64,000 nt of DNA from Octopus vulgaris. Taxonomy: Eukaryota. A program made the translations under genes and the position numbers. The DNA lies in NCBI GenBank assembly GCA_951406725.2, contig OX597821.1, positions 23,622,001 to 23,686,000 on the forward strand, given 5' to 3'. This document shows, piece after piece, positions 43,371-56,084 of this stretch. The notes beneath the pieces are model-generated. The model saw only the letters and a list, made by a program, of their open reading frames with translations, did not search any database and was not told where the DNA came from. Numbering within the stretch: position 1 is the stretch's first letter; every line of letters starts with the position of its first letter.

Positions 43371-43768
43371 CATAATGAGATACTCTTATCTACAGGCTGA
43401 AACAGCTGTAAGATCAATTTGGTATTATCTTACTTATTGATGTGTATTATCTTACTTATTGATGTGTATTGTTTTATTCTGTATTATTCTGTTTGATCTG
43501 GCTGCTCCTAAATAATTGGTTAATAAATTATATGAATTGGTATTATCTAGTAGTTGATGATTGAAAGAAATATATTCTTCCATTTTCTTATTTTGTATTA
43601 TGAATTTGAGGTAAAACTTTTTACCTTCGCCCATATAATACAATAAATGAATTAATTGCATTGCAATTCTTAGCATTTATGTATTAGCCTTTTGGGAACT
43701 TTACTGACAGTATATTGCATAAATGATATCCCATAGTGGGTTACACTTATAACCCCTATCTCACTTTG

Positions 43769-43817
<49 letters not shown>

Positions 43818-44053
43818 CGCACACACACACGCACACACACACGAGGACATGTGTGTGTGTATGTGCGTGTGTATGTATTTGTTTGTAGTGTAATGTATGG
43901 ATGGATTCATATAGTCATGTGGTTATCACATAAAGCTCCTCTAGTGATTTCGGCTATCATATTATATAATAAACAAATACGGGGCAATATAAAGCAGAGT
44001 TCTACGCAGATGAAATCCAGGAGACCCAATCGCTGAAATTATTTCATAAGAAG

Positions 44054-44530
44054 TATATAAACCATAAAAAATCAGGCGGTATTAGATATATATACTTATC
44101 TTTACGACTTGTTATCGTTAGGATTACGGCTGTTTCGCACCCTTCATCGCGTAATAATAATTTTAGTGTATGATAATTTATTTTACATATCTGCACCAAT
44201 ATGCATGCTACACATTGTACAATACAATCGTACATTAACAAATCAATGCAGATAAAGAAGGCTAGTACATCAGATCACCATGGTTACATCTATCCTTCAA
44301 CTCTGCATATACATGCAAAAGGAAAAGTTTATCTGCATTGATTTGTAAATGTACGATTGTATAGTATAATGCGTAACATGCATATTGGTGCAAACATGAA
44401 AAATAATTTAATATACACAGAAATTCTGAGGTGATGAAGGCTGCGAAACGGCTGTAACTCTAAGGATAATAAGTGGTTAGATAAACATATTCGTTTCTCA
44501 TATCTCATGACTTTTTATGGTTTATACATA
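44054..44530. repeat. Diverged ~200-bp inverted repeat (fold-back), Penelope pLTR-like
   Basis: Arms 44054-44256 and 44328-44530; both contain gatgaagg..gcgaaac.gc.gta. Confidence 0.8.
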
Positions 44531-44532
44531 TA

Positions 44533-44663
44533 CAGGGTGTCCCAAAATAATGTATACACACCTTAAATAATTGTAAATTTGTTATTCTTTGTAAACCTAG
44601 TACTTATTCTATCGTTCTCTTTTGCCGAACCACTATGTGTATACATTTTTTTGGGACACCCTG
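44533..44663. mobile_element. Tc1/mariner MITE
   Basis: ta|cagggtgtcccaaaataatgtatacaca...tgtgtatacattttttttgggacaccctg|ta. Confidence 0.9.
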
Positions 44664-45170
44664 TATGTATGTATGTTGACAGACACACGCACGCGCATGT
44701 GCACACACATACTTACACACACATGCGTATGTATAGACACATGCCAAATGATGTTTATATATATATATATGGGTAGATTTACACACACATGCACACACAC
44801 ACATGTACATATATTCTGGTACGTGGTATTTCAGGACTACTGTATACGTGCGTGCATCCATGTGTGCGTTTGTTCTTTTCGCTGTGTGTGCGCCCGCACG
44901 TGTGTATGTATGTATGTAGGTGTGTGTGAATGTGCCTGATATACGAGCGTCAAAAGAACCCTATAAAGATTCCTTTCAGAAAATTTACAAGTAGATCTAA
45001 CAGCTGTCGTATCGAAAGTAGGAGGTATGCATTAAAGTGGGCTTTAGGAAGGGGTTAGTTCAACCAAAGATCAATAACGCTGCCCTATTTCTATTTATTC
45101 CCATTTATACATACAACATATATGTATATATGTATGTCAGTGCGTATCTATTCATATGTCTGTCGTCTGG

Positions 45171-45270
<100 letters not shown>

Positions 45271-45451
45271 GTATGTATATATATACACACATACACATAC
45301 GTACATACATACATACATAGCCATATACGTACATGCATACATAAATACGTGCATATACATACGTACATACATACATAGATACATATATACATACATACAC
45401 ACATAGTACATATATTACATATATACATACATGCATACACACATACACACA

Positions 45452-45492
<41 letters not shown>

Positions 45493-45798
45493 TTACATCA
45501 TCGATCCATCCATCTATACATACACATACTCACATATATACATGCATGCATACGTACGTACATACATACTTTCAAGATAGAAGCATTTATATGAAATGAC
45601 ATCGAAGGCAACGTTGTCTAATTCGTGATTAAATTGTGTGTGTGAGTGTGTGTGTGTGTGTGTGAAGAGGGTATCTATCAGATATCTCACTTCTTATCGT
45701 GCATTGCAGATGCATACATATATTTGTGTGTGAATTTATGTACGCGTATAATTGCGCGTGCGTGCTTGTGTATAACTATGTGCATATGTATGTATGTG

Positions 45799-45884
<86 letters not shown>

Positions 45885-46048
45885 CGTATATACACCACAG
45901 TTTACAACAGATGTCCATATTATTGTCCTTCCAAGCCGTGTTTCGTTTTTCACTATTTCTACGCAACAGATGACATCTTCAATATTCTCCCATGTCTTTC
46001 CCACAATCTTTCTTTTTCTCTATACAAAGACTCAAACGCACATGTAAG

Positions 46049-46168
<120 letters not shown>

Positions 46169-46184
46169 TAGATAGATACTTTTA

Positions 46185-46616
46185 TTCTTCTATTCTTTTA
46201 CTTGTTTCAGTCATTTGACCGCGGCCATGCTGGAGCACCGCCTTTACACGAACAAATCGACCCAGGACTTATTCTTTGTAAGTAAGCTTAGTACATATTC
46301 TAAGTTACGAGGACGTAAACACACCAACATCGGTTGTCAAGCGATGGTGAGGCAAGAAACACAGACACAAGCGAACACACTCACACGCACATACACACAC
46401 ACACACACACACACATACACACACACTCACGTACACACACACACACGCACGCACATATGCACACAACGGATTTCTATCAGTTTCCGACTCACTAGACTCT
46501 GGTTGGCCCGAAGCTATAGCAGAAGACACTTGCCCAAGGTGCCACACAGTGGGACTGAACCCGGAATTATGTGGTTGGGAAGTAAGCTTCTTACCACTCT
46601 CAGCCACTCCTGCGCC
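46185..46616 (-). mobile_element. SINE family A
   Basis: Reverse complement of family A. Confidence 0.88.
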
Positions 46617-46619
46617 TCT

Positions 46620-48220
46620 GAGTATGGTAGTGTTGGAAGGTAGGGCAAGTTTGGCAGCGTGGGCGGGAGCAAGGGAACTAGCCTGGTTAGGAGGTGGGGT
46701 TAGGGAAGAACTTTGGACCAGGAGGTCATGTAGGTTGTGTGCTTGTTTGAAGGAGCGGATGCGAGGAGAGAGAGAGAGCAGATGCTCAGTCCACGGAACG
46801 TGTTGTGGCAAGGGCGGTGTAGAGGTGAGGGCATATCCACCGAGGATGAAATGGTGAGTCATGAGCTGAGACTGAGTCTCAAAGTCATGATTGTCACTGC
46901 AGAGCCTGCGCAGACGGAGGAATTAGGAGTAGGGGATGGAGAGCTTGGTGTGGGTAGAGTGGGAGAAGGAGAAGTTGAGGTATGAGTGTGAGTCGGTGTG
47001 TTTGTTGTAGATGGAGGTAATGAGAGCGGAGTTGTGTGTGTTAACCGAAATGTCAAGAAAGGCGACAGAAGTGTTGGAAATGGTACAGGAGAATTCGAGG
47101 GCAGGATGGAAGCATTGGACAAAAGAGAGGAAGGAGCCTAGTTAGGGTTAGGGTTACCCTTCCTCGCACCGATACAGTCATCAATATAACGACCGTATAG
47201 TTCGAGAGTGGGACCAGTGAATCTTGAAAATATTTTGGGCCTCAACGTAGCCAACGAACAGGTTCGCATAGTTGGGGCCCGTTCTCGTTCCCATGGCCAC
47301 TTCCGATAATGTTGGTAAAACTCACTCGCGAATGAGACTCTTGATATCAAGAGTGAAGAGAAGATTAGAAGGGCCAGGAGGGAAGGAGAAAGAGTTGAAA
47401 AGACGAAGAGCGTGGTTACTGTCGTGGATGTGTGAGAGGAGGGAGGCCACTAGAGGGCATGGACACGGTCAAGGTATTTCGAGATCAGTTCCGTGTGACA
47501 GTTACAGGCGGAGACGATGGGACGGCCAGGGTTGTTGGGCTTGTTGATTTTGGGAAGGAAGTAAATGATGAGAGGGCAAGGAGTGCGGACAATGAGGCTG
47601 GAGATCATGGATAGTGGAGGACACAGTCTGTTGATCGCTAGGTATGGGGTTGGGGTGTATATGGCAATAGAAGGAGGTTTCGTGAAGTTGACGGAAAGCT
47701 TCAGCCTTGTAGAGGTCTGCGCACCACACCACCACGACTCCACCCTTGTCGTCCGGTTTTATGATAATGTCTTTGCGGCGTCGGAGACATCGAAGAGCCG
47801 AGAGTTCGGCTGGAGAGACGTTCAGATGTCGGGGACGCCTGCGAAAGTCAAACCGATCCACAACACGTTGGCAGATGCCCGCAAAATGATCGACTGCATG
47901 GGACAGGCCGGGAGCTGGCGTCCAGTGGGATGGTCGGCGGCCCAGATCGGTGAAGCACTCTTCTTCGTTAGATGCAGGTGGAGTGTTGTGGAGTAGTGCA
48001 TATAGCCTTACACGGCACACAAGGCTATGAATATCAGCACGGATCTGAAATTCGATACTGGGTGGAATGAGGGGGATGAAGCGCAGACCCCTACTGAGAA
48101 GAGAGCGTTCCGCCTCAGAGAAGTGGTAGATCAAGAGGAATGGCAGCAACAGACTGATGTGGGAAGGGGATAGATGGGTTAGATGTGGGAGGGGTGGTGG
48201 GGAGTGGAAGGCTGGGAGGA
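46620..48220 (-). pseudogene. Penelope-like element (Neptune-type) RT, frameshifted and internally deleted
   Basis: LLSRGLRFIP, DIIIKPDDKGGVVVVW..YKAEAFRQL, YFLPKINKPNNPGRPIVSAC, YGRYIDD, then NLHDLLV and a Cys-rich linker. Confidence 0.9.
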
Positions 48221-48609
48221 AAGAGAGGAGCTCCTAAGTTATGGCGACGTAAACAAACCAACACCGGCTATCAAGCAGTGGTGGCGGTGAGGGGGATAAA
48301 CACATACACAAAGACAAATGCGATCACACACACACACATATGTATATATATGCACGATGGTCTTTCGCTTTCCGTCTACGAAATGCATTCACACAGCTTT
48401 GATCGGTCCGGGGCTATTGTAGATGACACTTGCCCATGGTGCCATACTGTGGAATAACTTCCTCAATTCACAGGTTGCCGTTCTAGAAATTGTTCAGATA
48501 CAACACACCACCCAGTCTAGGAACCGAACTCCTGACCTTATGATCGTAAGCCCAACACACCTAACCCCCTAGGGTATACCAAGCTAAACAGCAACATAAC
48601 ACCAACAAG

Positions 48610-49170
48610 AATTTCAGTCACAAAACTCTCATCAGAGAATATTTCAGGATCTGCTCCACAAAAGAAACGCTAGACAAAGAAATTAATAGGCTAAAACAAA
48701 CGTTAGTTTATAATGGATATTTGAAGCAATTTGTACACCGAGGCAGACAACAATACAGAAAGACATTCAACACAATAAATACAGCAGACATTATTATTCA
48801 CGAAAAACAAGCAACATTAACAAATGAAATAAATGAAATGATCTTCACTATAGAATAAAATGAAAGCGTTATCAAAAATGTTATTAAATAAAACACAGGA
48901 TGCATTACGTCCAGTCTCAAAACGCACTAATGATATATTACAAAACACGAAAATTTGATTTAAAAACGTAATCTTTTCGTTAATAACAAACCAATGCACT
49001 GAATTAATTTCAAATGACTAATGTAATTTACAAATTCCGATGTTAACATGGCGGTAGTAAACATCATGACACTAACCGTGACATTGGACATACAACTACC
49101 GCACTTTCTTGCTGACTGAATATGCATCTATAATAAAAAGCCATTGTTACGCATTACACTATATAACACT
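48610..49170 (+). pseudogene. Penelope-like element fragment: RT thumb and GIY-YIG endonuclease
   Basis: RICSTKETLDKEINRLKQTLVYNGY; NVIYKFRC...IGHTTTALS.RL..HL. Confidence 0.75.
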
Positions 49171-50893
49171 ACATCTTCTACGTGTTTGCTAGGCCTGGTA
49201 CAGTGAAATCTTCCTCAAATCACAGCTTACCGTTCTGAGGATTAGAAGGAAGCATTGAATAATGTAATCTAAGTACGCTATGCCGTAAAAATTGACTCAG
49301 GGTTATAGTTGAAATGGTATGATCATATGTGTTTACACAGTCAGGGTTGCTCCTGAGCAACAAGCAACCACAACAACAATAGCAGTTGATAATGCAACTA
49401 TCCTATACAAAATATCCCACCCACTCTCAAAACAAAACTAGAGATGATTGAACGAGGAGAGCTATATTAATAAAAAGAAAAATACTATAAACAGGAAGAC
49501 ACTAGTGCGTCTGTGTAATAAACTAACGCCAGACGCAGCAGAACAAATGTATTTCTTGATTGCTGAAGCGACCCTGCCAATTGTCAGGACATTTGATGAC
49601 GGAAAATAACAATACAGAATCATAAGTAACATTGCTTCTGTGATTTTCATTTATAATCTGTTTTTTTTTTAACACAGTAACAATTTTTAATTGCGACCAA
49701 TTTAGACTGAAGATCGGACAATGGGCATAAAACCCTCCGGAATTTGTGCTATCCGGCAAGTGACAGGATATGTAATATTGGGGGGGGGGACTTAGAATTC
49801 AAATAATATTCCTCCCTTAATTGTCATCTATAATTTTGTTTTTTATATGCAATAACAGATCATTAACTACAGATAATATATACAGAAAATAAGACGTAGA
49901 AGGGTATGAAACACCCAGAAGTTTGTACTTCCCAACAAATCCTGTGCTGATATGATATACATTAAAAAAGGGACTGAATCCGTATCTTTTGCAGAGATTC
50001 CCAGACTGGTGATGCTGATGTGGTTGATGTGTGTGAAACGCATGTTGTTAATATTTATATGGTGAAATAGGGTGGCGAGCTGACCGAATCGTTTGCACGC
50101 CGGGCAAAATACTTATCAGTATTTCGCCCGTCTTTTACATGCTGAGTTCACATTCCACCGAGGTCGATTTTTGCCTTTCATCTTTTTGGCGTCGGTGTAA
50201 TCGACTTACCCCCCACCCCTCAAAATTGCTGGCCTTGTGCCAACATTTGAAACCAATATTTATAGGGTGTGAGTTTCAAGGATCAAAATTTGGAGCCGAA
50301 CGATAGGGCTGAGGAAACACGGTGAGTAGGAAAGATAAGTTGCAGTGTGTTGGTGGTCGTCGAAGTATGTGGACTTTAGTTTAGGCCGTATGTGTGTGTG
50401 TGTGAGAGTGAGTGTATAAGTATGTGTATGTGTGCTTATGTGACTGTGTGTGTGTCAGCATGTGCGTGCGCGTGTAGCAACAGCAGCTCAGTCCCAGGTG
50501 TAGGGCGGTAACTCTAATGCTGGTCATATCTTTGCATTATCGACGGAACAGCCTGCGTTCCTCAATACGATTGTTAAAAATTTAGAATGGTTTTGTTTTA
50601 GTTACACACACGCACACACCACACACACACTCACACACTCACACGCACAGATGTGCGCACAAGCACACACACATACAGACACTTATACACACATATGGAT
50701 ATAAGGACGTATGAACGTAAATGTGTGTGTGTATATACACGTATGTATGTATGTATGTATGTATGTATGTATGTATGTATGTATGTATGTATGTATGTAT
50801 GTATGTATGTATGTATGTATGTATGAATGTATGTATGCATCTATCAATCTATCTATCTATCTATCTATCTGTCTGCCTGTCTGTCTGCCTCTG

Positions 50894-50936
<43 letters not shown>

Positions 50937-50977
50937 GTCCACCTCTCTCTCTCTCACTACACACACACACACACACG

Positions 50978-51035
<58 letters not shown>

Positions 51036-51103
51036 CATACATAGTATATAATTTTAGTGTGGTAAGTATCTTACCATGCACATGGTTCCGGGTTCAGTTC
51101 CAC

Positions 51104-51271
51104 TGCGTGGCATCTTGGGCAAGTCTCTTCTACTATAGCCTTGACCCAACCAAGGCCTTGTGAGTGGATTTGGTTGACGCACTTCTTTCAATTTGCGTCA
51201 ACCAAATCCACTCACAAGGCCTTGGTTGGGTCAAGGCTATAGTAGAAGAGACTTGCCCAAGATGCCACGCA
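51104..51271. repeat. Perfect 78-bp inverted duplication of a family A SINE segment
   Basis: Arms 51104-51181 and 51194-51271, 12-nt spacer. Confidence 0.95.
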
Positions 51272-51783
51272 TCTATATATATATCGAAGGATGACTAGGA
51301 AAGTAGGGCATGCAGTCTACCCATCCCCACTGAGGTGTGTGTGTGTGGGGGGGGGTGTCCAAGTGTTCCACCCTTCCCTGTTTTCCGTGAAAAGTATAGT
51401 ATTATACATGTTTTGAGATATAGGAAGTCTGAAAAGGAAAATAGTTTCGCCACCTACGATGCACCGTTTTGAAGTAGTTATATGTACGATAAACGTACAT
51501 ATAACTCTGGAAATCACCTTCCAACAATTTCATCCAGTAGGAGCTATTCAAGCCGTCGTCTTTGAGAAAATAGTCGAAATTTGGAATAAAATTCGACATT
51601 CACGAACTCTTGAAGCTGATTGAGAGAGTACCAAATTAAGTGAATGTGTATAACAATGTACAACTTCTGTTAGTAACGTAGCATTTCTGCCTTTACTGAC
51701 ATCGACTTGTCCCCTAAACGTGTGGTTACTGGGAAAAACATTAAATAGATATTCGCAAACAGGTCTCTCCTCATCGAAAACCG

Positions 51784-52004
51784 GTGATTACCGTACGCTG
51801 ACAAGGGGCAAAAACCTCGAAACTGCAGTCCGTGCGTATCACTTAGGTTTACGAGAGGGGATGACCTCCCTTTGCAAATATCATAAGGGCACAGAAAGTG
51901 TGCCTAAAGCCAGCTGGAGACGATGATCTCCTGGGGCTAAAAGCTACAGTAACACCCACCCTTAGTGGTTAGCCATATTGAGATGGCTAGTATACTTTAC
52001 GTTA
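51784..52004 (+). ncRNA. Hammerhead-like motif followed by a structured dispersed repeat (copy B)
   Basis: gtgattacCGTACG-CTGACAA-GGGGcaaaaaCCTC-GAAAC-tgca-GTC-CGTGCGtatcac; downstream matches 13112-13289. Confidence 0.55.
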
Positions 52005-52458
52005 CATTATTATTATATATATATATACATATATATATATATTTTACACACACACACACGCGCACACATAAATATATATGTGTATGTATTAAGCTATGTA
52101 TTTAGCGCTTAATTTGACGTAGATTGTTGTCAGAGGGTACTTTAACTTAAAGGTACAATACTCAGCTGGTATTCGAGGTATGTGAGCTCGAGTCCCGTGT
52201 CTGTTGACAACTTTTTTTCCATCTTATAAGGGTAATAATACCCGATCTTTCTGCTAATTTCACGACTATACTGGGTTCGAAATATTACCTTCTCTGTATA
52301 ATACGATACACCTAGCGGTTCGGCAAAACAGTTCGATATAATAAGTACTAGGCTTACAAAGAATAAGTCCTGGAGTCGATTTCTTCGACTAAAGACGGTG
52401 TTCAAATGACTGAAACAAATAAAAGAATAAAAGAAATATGTGGTTATATATATTCACA

Positions 52459-52629
52459 GACGCAGGAGTGGCTGTGTGGTAAGTAGCTTGCTAACCAACC
52501 ACATGGTTCCGGGTTCAGTCCCACTGCGTGGCATCTTGGGCAAGTGTCTTCTGCTATAGCCCCGGGCCAACCAATGCCTTGTGAGTGGATTTGGTAGACG
52601 GAAACTGAAAGAAGCCCGTTGTATATATG

Positions 52630-52664
<35 letters not shown>

Positions 52665-52867
52665 TTGTGTGTCTGTGTTTGTCCCCCTAGCATTGCTTGA
52701 CAACCGATGCTGGTGTGTTTACATCGCCGTCACTTAGCGGTTCGGCAAAAGAGACCGATAGAATAAGTACTGGGCTTACAAAGAATAAGTCCCGGGGTCG
52801 ATTTGCTCGACTAAAAGGCGGTGCTCCAGCATGGCCGCAGTCAAATGACTGAAACAAGTAAAAGAGA
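52459..52867 (+). mobile_element. SINE family A, full length
   Basis: Near-identical to 14281-14715. Confidence 0.93.
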
Positions 52868-54892
52868 GACACACAGATACATTCGTATATAACAATACCA
52901 GGGTGCAATCTCTATCAATCCTTTTTACTATAGGCCTAAGGTGAGGAGGGGACTAGTCGATTACATCGACCCTAATACTCAACTAGTATTTAATTTATCG
53001 ACCTCGGCGGAATTTGAACTCACAACGTAAAGACGGATCAAATGTCGCTAAGCATTTTGCTCGGCGCGCTAACGATTCTGCCAGCTCACCGCCCAATCTC
53101 TATCAATGAGATAGCAACACAAGACTGAGGCAAACGAATTGTTTAATGAAGCCGGAGTATATAAACAGCCGAAAGACAAGCTACACAAAAGACGGAGTAT
53201 GAGCGGGTGGATGGGAGCACTGGTGAGAAGGTGATAGTGGGTGGAGTGTGCAGGCATTTAGGGTTTGCTGGCTAACTTGGTTGGCTGACGGGTGGGAAGG
53301 GTGGACTAATGGCTGAATGTGTGGCTTATGTATATAATTAGAAATTCTAAAGGCTTTTCTGGAATTTTCTACCCCTCTCTAACATCGCCCTACTTTATCA
53401 CCTCTCACTCTTGCTTTCCCCGCTCTCCCTGTTTCCCCTTCTGCTCCCCTTTCCCATCTCTTACGCCATTCCACCACCCTCTCTCCGTTTCGAGTTCTCA
53501 CAATTTCACTCCATGTTTCTATGTTCATTAAAATGAAATGCAACGTGCTTCGTGTCTCCTGCGTATATATATTTATTATGTATATGTATATGTATGTGTG
53601 TGTGTTTGTGTGAGTGTAGATACACGTCCATTCACACACACACACACACATACACACACACCATACACTATACACTATACACGTGTACGCGCATGCATAC
53701 AGTCGCGTGCCAAGAAAGCGAATGTGATTGCTTTTGCTGTCGCACATGGAACAGCACGGTGGTGAACGTACATACATACATACATACATACATACATACA
53801 TACGGGTATGTATGTGTGTTTAGACAGAGAAAATACACACACACACACACACACACACATAATATATATATATGCACATGTATGTGTGTATATGTATGTG
53901 TGTGCATGTTTGTGTGTATATATGTGTACATAAATGAGAAATTGTGTATGAGTTGATGTAATATGTGTGTAATATGAACCTATATGTGCATATATACTCA
54001 TAAAGCCTCATATGTACGTTTGTAAGTTTGTTTTGTGTCAGTGTGTCTGTATGCGTAAGCGTGTATGTTTGTATGTGTGTGCGTATATCTAGAATTCGTC
54101 TTGTAAAGTATTTAGTATAACTTTCTTTGTCCTTGCTATCCAAATTTATTCCGGTTAATAACCCGAGTTATTTCTTTCCACAAATTTTTATTTAAATTAA
54201 GCAAATTACGCGGCCCATAAATGCTTTTTACTCATTGTTTAGATGCCTTGTGTCTAGTTGGAGTGAAGTTAGTGTGAAGCTAAGCGGATGACGCACAATG
54301 AGGCAGAGATATCCCTTGTTGCTAGAACAAACTGTATTTTCCTCAGTGGTATAATATAATTCTGGAGAATTGTTATCTCCGGTTTTCATTTAGATTTGAT
54401 TACAATTGCAGCGAGGTGAAAAGCAAAGTTGACCTCGACGGAATTCGACCACAAAATGCCAGATGGTGGATTAAACACTGCAAGGTATTTCGTCCAATGC
54501 TCGTTCTGACAACTCTGCCTGTTCACCGCATGGTTTTGGTACTCCGTTTTATCGATCCTGGAAGAGTAAAATGCGAAGTTAGTCTAAGGTGAACTTGAAC
54601 TCACACTGTAGAGAGCCAGAATTTAATATTTCGAGGCATTTCGTCCGACACTCTAACGAGTTTGCCATTCCAATGCCGCCAGATAGATACTTCATTTATG
54701 ACCAACAGAAGACTGAAAAGCAAAGCCAGTTCACTGCTTGGTACGCTATTTTTATTGATCCTGGAAAAGTGAAATGTGAAGTTAACCCCGGCGGGATTTG
54801 AACTCATAATGCAGAGAGTCGGAATTTAATACCTCTAAGAGATTCGTCCGACGCTGTAACGATTCCACCATTCCACTTCCGCGCAGATCTTT

Positions 54893-55117
54893 TATCTTTT
54901 ATCGTTTACTTGTTTCAGTCATTAGACTGCGGCCATGCTGAGGCACTGCTTTGGATAATTTTTAGTCGAATGAATCACTCACAATACTTATTTTTAAAAT
55001 CCTGGTACTTATTCTATCGGACACTCTAGCCGAATTACTAAGTTACGGAATCGGAAACACACCCGCACCGATCGTCAAGCGATGGTGGTGGTGGTGGTGG
55101 TGATGGTGGAACAAACA

Positions 55118-55176
<59 letters not shown>

Positions 55177-55333
55177 AAGGGCTTCTTTCAATTTCTGCCT
55201 GCCAAATACAGTCACTGTACTTTGGTCGGCCTGAGGCTATAGTAGAAGACACTTGCCCTAAGTGCTACGGAGTGGGACTGAACCCAGAACCATGTGGTCG
55301 GGAAACAACTTTTTTACCACACAGTCATGCCTA
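54893..55333 (-). mobile_element. SINE family A, older copy
   Basis: Reverse complement of family A, diverged. Confidence 0.85.
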
Positions 55334-55436
55334 CTCCAGATAGATACTTCATTAATCGCAAACGAAAAGATGAAAAGCTTGGATGACTATTAAAAACCAG
55401 TAGAAAATAGAGATTTAACTAGTCTATAATGCTATC

Positions 55437-55689
55437 GTGGAGGCGCGTGGCTTAGTGGTTAAGGTGTCAGCATCATGATCGTACGATTGTGGTTTCGATT
55501 CCTGGACCAGGTGACGCGTTGTGTTCTTGAGCAAAACACTTCATTTCACGTTGCTCCACTCCACTCAGCTGGCAAAAATGAGTAATGCTGCAATGGACTG
55601 GCGTCCCGTCCAGCTGGGAAACACATACGCTTATGAAACCTGGAAACCGGGCCCATGAGCCTGGCTGAGCTATAAAAGGGCACATTTAT
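55437..55689 (+). mobile_element. tRNA-derived SINE with Meta/V-domain-like body and 12-bp TSD
   Basis: TSD tataatgctatc at 55425-55436 and 55690-55701; body ctgcaatggactggcgtcccgtccag. Confidence 0.88.
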
Positions 55690-56084
55690 TATAATGCTAT
55701 CAATGGACAGTTATGTGAGGACTTATTAAAGCGAGCCTATAAAATAAGTTTTTGTTTTCCTCGGGCGAAGTTTAACTCTTGTCTAGTCTCATTTTCGTGT
55801 TCATTTTAACAATACAAATATTACTCAACCCAACAGAATTTTATCAGAAAATTTTTACCTGATATTAAGGTTTCTTTTTCTTTCCTTTCCTTTTTTCTTT
55901 CTTTTTTTTTTTTTTTTTTTTGGATATGCTTAATCCAAAAATGGAATCCGTTCCTTTTTTTTACCATTACATTTAGATTTCAAAATAACCCCTACCCAAT
56001 ATTTTACCCCATTTTTCAGAAAAATGCAATATATATGTGAAATTCAGTACAAGTGTTTATTACAATTTATTTATTCTGCTTCTT

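Noticed and set aside
43422-43470. 22-bp tandem duplication, and a 21-bp one at about 33237-33282
   Set aside because: Ordinary two-copy slippage duplications.
47502-48149. 215-aa ORF as an intact protein
   Set aside because: It is a frameshifted fragment of a Penelope-like RT; the reading continues in other frames.
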